Virus record (IMG/VR): IMGVR_UViG_3300032330_001807
Span: 1 to 28,842 of that record
Strand: one strand, 5' to 3'
DNA from: a virus
Lineage: Duplodnaviria; Caudoviricetes
Length of the DNA stretch: 28,842 nucleotides
Part shown: positions 25,875 through 28,842 of the stretch, in pieces
Position numbering within the stretch: the stretch's first letter is position 1
Layout of the letters: each line of letters starts with the position of its first letter
Translations under genes and position numbers: made by a program
The notes under the pieces: generated by a model
Databases searched by the model: none
What the model was told of the DNA's origin: nothing
The model's input: the letters and a program-made list of their open reading frames with translations, nothing else

Positions 25875-27454
25875 GCGTAGAATTTATTGATGACGAGAGC
25901 TCTGAAAATATAATTGATATTTCAAACACAGCAGACTGGTTCTCCTTAAAAAAGGATCAGGTAAGCAATGACCCATTTGCTGCTGGAATAGATGAATTAA
26001 AAAAGGTTAGAGGATTAGGATCTTCATTTAAGCGTAAGATAAGCAGAGAATTTTCTAAATCATTTACTGGTGTAGAAGGAACAGGAACACAGCAAAACCT
26101 ACTAGCACAAGCTATTACAGGATATGCCATGTTCGACTTAGTAGAGCCGACATATAACCTTGAATACCTTTCAGTGGTTTATGAAACATCAACATATAAT
26201 TATGCAGCAATTAATGCGAAGGTTGCTAATATAGTTGGCCTAGGATATGACTTTGTAGAAACAAAGAAAACAAATGATGCACTTGATTCCCTTACAGATG
26301 ATAAGTCTCTTGAAAGAGCACGTCGAAAGATAAGCAAGTTGCGTCAAGATATCCACTCGTGGTTGGACACAACAAATGAGGAAGATACATTTACTCAAAC
26401 TTTAATTAAGGTATACACAGACCTAGAAGCAACAGGCAATGGCTATATTGAAATTGGTAGAACTACGGGCGGAAACATTGGATACATTGGGCATATTCCA
26501 GCAAAGACAATGCGTGTACGTAGACTAAGAGATGGATTTATTCAATTGCTTTATGGTAAGGCTGTTTACTTTAGCAACTTTGGAGACGCAGAAACAGAGA
26601 ATCCAATTGCTGGTCAAGAAGATCGTCCGAATGAAATTATTCATTTGAAGAAGTATACCCCTATGAACAACTATTATGGAATTCCAGACATTATTGCAGC
26701 ACAGGTAGCCCTTGCTGGAAATGAATTATCTGGAAGATATAACCTAGATTACTTTGAAAACAAGGCGGTCCCAAGGTATATTATTACAGTAAAGGGAGCA
26801 AAGCTTTCACCAGAGTCAGAAAGAAAATTGCTTGAATTTTTCCAGGTTGGATTAAAGGGAAAGAATCACAGATCTCTATATATCCCACTTCCAGGAGATA
26901 CACCAGACTCAAAGACAGAATTTAAAATGGAACCCGTGGAGGCAAATCCACAGGAGTCTTCATTTAATGTTTATCGTAAATCAAATAGAGATGAAATCCT
27001 ATTAGCGCACCGTGTGCCAATTAATAAAATTGGAACTCCAGAAGGAGTAAATTTGGCAGTGGCAAGAGATGCGGATAAAACATTTAAAGAGCAGGTTTGC
27101 CGTCCAGCCCAAATGATTTTAGAAAAGAAAGTAAATAAAATATTTGAGGAAAAGACAGATGCCCTATCTCTTAAATTTAATGAATTAACTTTAACTGATG
27201 AAGATACTCAGTCTAAAATTGACGAAAGATATTTAAGAATGCAGGTAATTACCCCTAATGAAGTTAGAATTAGAAAAGGCATGATTCCGCTAGATGGCGG
27301 AGATCAGGTTATTGAATTAAAGGGTCCAGCAAAAGCCGAGCAAACAGCTGTGGCTGGAAATACTAGACAAAGATCTCAAGATCGCCAAGCAAATACCCCA
27401 GATATTTCTGGTGAGGGAAGAAATGCTAAAGGCGATGGCAGACAGGTTGACTAA
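25871..27454 (+). CDS. Phage portal protein (HK97/PBSX-type), 527 aa
   Basis: D.EATGNGYIEI, HIPAKTMRV, EIIHLK.YTP...YYGIPD, YFEN.AVP, DEILLAHRVP..KIG and ITPNEVR...GM.PLDGGD motifs. Located before the prohead protease. Confidence 0.93.
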   Translation: MSVEFIDDESSENIIDISNTADWFSLKKDQVSNDPFAAGIDELKKVRGLGSSFKRKISREFSKSFTGVEGTGTQQNLLAQAITGYAMFDLVEPTYNLEYLSVVYETSTYNYAAINAKVANIVGLGYDFVETKKTNDALDSLTDDKSLERARRKISKLRQDIHSWLDTTNEEDTFTQTLIKVYTDLEATGNGYIEIGRTTGGNIGYIGHIPAKTMRVRRLRDGFIQLLYGKAVYFSNFGDAETENPIAGQEDRPNEIIHLKKYTPMNNYYGIPDIIAAQVALAGNELSGRYNLDYFENKAVPRYIITVKGAKLSPESERKLLEFFQVGLKGKNHRSLYIPLPGDTPDSKTEFKMEPVEANPQESSFNVYRKSNRDEILLAHRVPINKIGTPEGVNLAVARDADKTFKEQVCRPAQMILEKKVNKIFEEKTDALSLKFNELTLTDEDTQSKIDERYLRMQVITPNEVRIRKGMIPLDGGDQVIELKGPAKAEQTAVAGNTRQRSQDRQANTPDISGEGRNAKGDGRQVD

Positions 27455-27471
27455 CCTCACTCAACTGTTAT

Positions 27472-27500
27472 TTGCCTTTTTATCTATAAGTCGCTAAAAT
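27472..27500 (+). promoter_or_regulatory. Promoter TTGCCT-N17-TAAAAT, leaderless
   Basis: -35 at 27472-27477, -10 at 27495-27500. ATG 27508 lies exactly 7 nt after the -10, with no SD. Confidence 0.75.
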
Positions 27501-27507
27501 TAAGCAT

Positions 27508-28842
27508 ATGAATATTGAAAAGTCTTTATGGACTAGCCATGGCAATGACATTAACTTGTCTGTTCCTTTCACTAAAGTTAACCGTGAAAAGAGAACTGTT
27601 TCTGGTTTTGCAACACTTGACAATGTAGACCAAACTGGTGACGTTGTAACTTCTGAGGCAAGCGTAAAGGCCTTTGAAGGTTTCCGTGGGAACATTCGTG
27701 AGATGCATGGATCTCTTGCAGTTGGGAAAATGGTTTCTTTTAAGCCAGAAACTTTTTATGATCCAGCAACTAAAGAATTTTATAATGGCGTTTATGTAAC
27801 AGCATACATTTCAAAAGGCGCACAAGATAGTTGGGAAAAAGTTCTAGATGGAACTCTTTCAGGATTCTCAATCGGCGGGAAGATTAAAGAATCAGATAAC
27901 GAAGTTAATAAAGCTACAGGTAAAACTGTAAGATTTATTAAAGACTATGAATTGATGGAGTTGTCAATTGTAGACTCTCCAGCAAATGAGCTATGTAACA
28001 TTCTTTCTATCCAGAAAGTAAATGGACAATACATCGCAAAGGGTATAGCAGTAGATGTTGTAACCGAAAATATTTTTTACTGTGAAGACAGTAACTCTGT
28101 TTTTATCTCAACAGAAAAAACATATGACTCACCAGTATCTGGTAAGCCAGCACAACTAATTGGTTGGGTTGAGAGTTCAGATGTTAACAAAGCAAAAGAG
28201 ATTGATAAGATTCTTGATGCATACAAGCACTCAAGATTTACGTTGCCTGATACACAAAAAATTGCAAAACAGGCAAACGCAGAAGGAGGTAATGAAATGT
28301 CAGATAACACAGAAAACGTAGTTGCTGAAGACGTTGCAGTAGATGCAGCAGTTGAAGTAGCCGTTGAAGAGACAGCAGTTGTTGCAGATGATGCAGCAGT
28401 TGAGGCTCCTGCAGAAGATGCAGTAGTAGAAGACGTTCCTGCCGAGACTCTGGAAAAAGCAGCCGAAGTATCAGAAGATAAGGTTGATGAACCTGATTTT
28501 GCGAAGATGTTAGGCGATCTAAAAGGCTTTTTCTCAGAAACTCTAAACAAGGCATCTGAAGCAAATGCAGCACAAGTAACAACAATCCAAGAGACTGTTG
28601 AAGCTTTTAGCAAGAGCGTAGATGCTAGAATTTCAGAGTTGGCAGAACAACACACAGTACTTTCAAGTGCTGTAAATGATATCAAGAGCACGATTGATGG
28701 TGTACAAAAGCGTGTCGACGCAGTAGAATCAGAGACTGCAATTAAGAAGTCTTCAGATCTTGGCCGATCAGAAGAAGTAACAATCAAAAAATCCAAATGG
28801 AACGGTTCTTTCCTCGGTTCCGTGAACGAAATATTTAACTAA
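27508..28842 (+). CDS. Prohead (capsid maturation) protease, HK97 family, fused to an acidic/coiled-coil scaffold, 444 aa
   Basis: V.GFAT...VDQTGDVV, IREMH (catalytic His), GFSIGG (catalytic Ser), L.ELSIVDSPAN motifs. C-terminal half is acidic and then heptad-rich. Confidence 0.9.
   Translation: MNIEKSLWTSHGNDINLSVPFTKVNREKRTVSGFATLDNVDQTGDVVTSEASVKAFEGFRGNIREMHGSLAVGKMVSFKPETFYDPATKEFYNGVYVTAYISKGAQDSWEKVLDGTLSGFSIGGKIKESDNEVNKATGKTVRFIKDYELMELSIVDSPANELCNILSIQKVNGQYIAKGIAVDVVTENIFYCEDSNSVFISTEKTYDSPVSGKPAQLIGWVESSDVNKAKEIDKILDAYKHSRFTLPDTQKIAKQANAEGGNEMSDNTENVVAEDVAVDAAVEVAVEETAVVADDAAVEAPAEDAVVEDVPAETLEKAAEVSEDKVDEPDFAKMLGDLKGFFSETLNKASEANAAQVTTIQETVEAFSKSVDARISELAEQHTVLSSAVNDIKSTIDGVQKRVDAVESETAIKKSSDLGRSEEVTIKKSKWNGSFLGSVNEIFN
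28297..28842 (+). CDS. Probable nested in-frame scaffolding protein, 181 aa
   Basis: AAGGAGGT at 28283-28290, 6 nt before in-frame ATG 28297 (codon 264), exactly where the composition switches to acidic/coiled-coil. Confidence 0.7.
   Translation: MSDNTENVVAEDVAVDAAVEVAVEETAVVADDAAVEAPAEDAVVEDVPAETLEKAAEVSEDKVDEPDFAKMLGDLKGFFSETLNKASEANAAQVTTIQETVEAFSKSVDARISELAEQHTVLSSAVNDIKSTIDGVQKRVDAVESETAIKKSSDLGRSEEVTIKKSKWNGSFLGSVNEIFN

Noticed and set aside
28243-28272. TTGCCT hexamer upstream of the internal scaffold start as an internal promoter
   Set aside because: No TAnnnT box at 16-18 nt spacing (the sequence there is CAAAACA).
28077-28796. 239-aa minus-strand ORF (and other minus-strand ORFs such as 754-1077, 5912-6250, 12175-12588)
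   Set aside because: Antisense shadows of biased codon usage in real + strand genes. Low-complexity products, no SD or promoter support.
1-28842. Stop-codon reassignment or programmed frameshift
   Set aside because: Standard code gives dense, full-length ORFs using TAA, TGA and TAG stops with tight junctions. No broken gene needs recoding.

Overview
AT-rich tailed-phage (Caudoviricetes) structural region with all credible genes on the + strand. About 25 kb of virion fibre/adhesin genes (1-25466) is followed by a small hypothetical gene, the portal and a prohead protease with a probable nested scaffold (25533-28842). The dominant signal is a ~32-aa module (consensus G-L-I-V-K/R-G-A-A-S-Q-T-A-N-L-Q-E-W-Q-N-S-A-G-T-V-L-A-x-V/I-x-x-x-G). 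By manual count it occurs about 45 times in four different genes, separated by unrelated variable segments and inserted domains. Its DNA core is near-identical between genes, while the intervening segments differ sharply in GC content, which suggests a recombination-driven mix-and-match fibre system. In the middle of the cluster a 79-aa helical protein gene has its own promoter, structured leader and 18-bp terminator hairpin (candidate dedicated chaperone). C-terminal adaptor domains followed by genes with short N-terminal peptides suggest a chained or branched appendage tipped with LamG lectins and a beta-propeller. Leaderless-type promoters and gene order hint at an actinobacterial host (inference). 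No tRNA, rRNA, CRISPR, integrase or reverse transcriptase was seen. All family assignments come from motif recognition by eye, not database searches.
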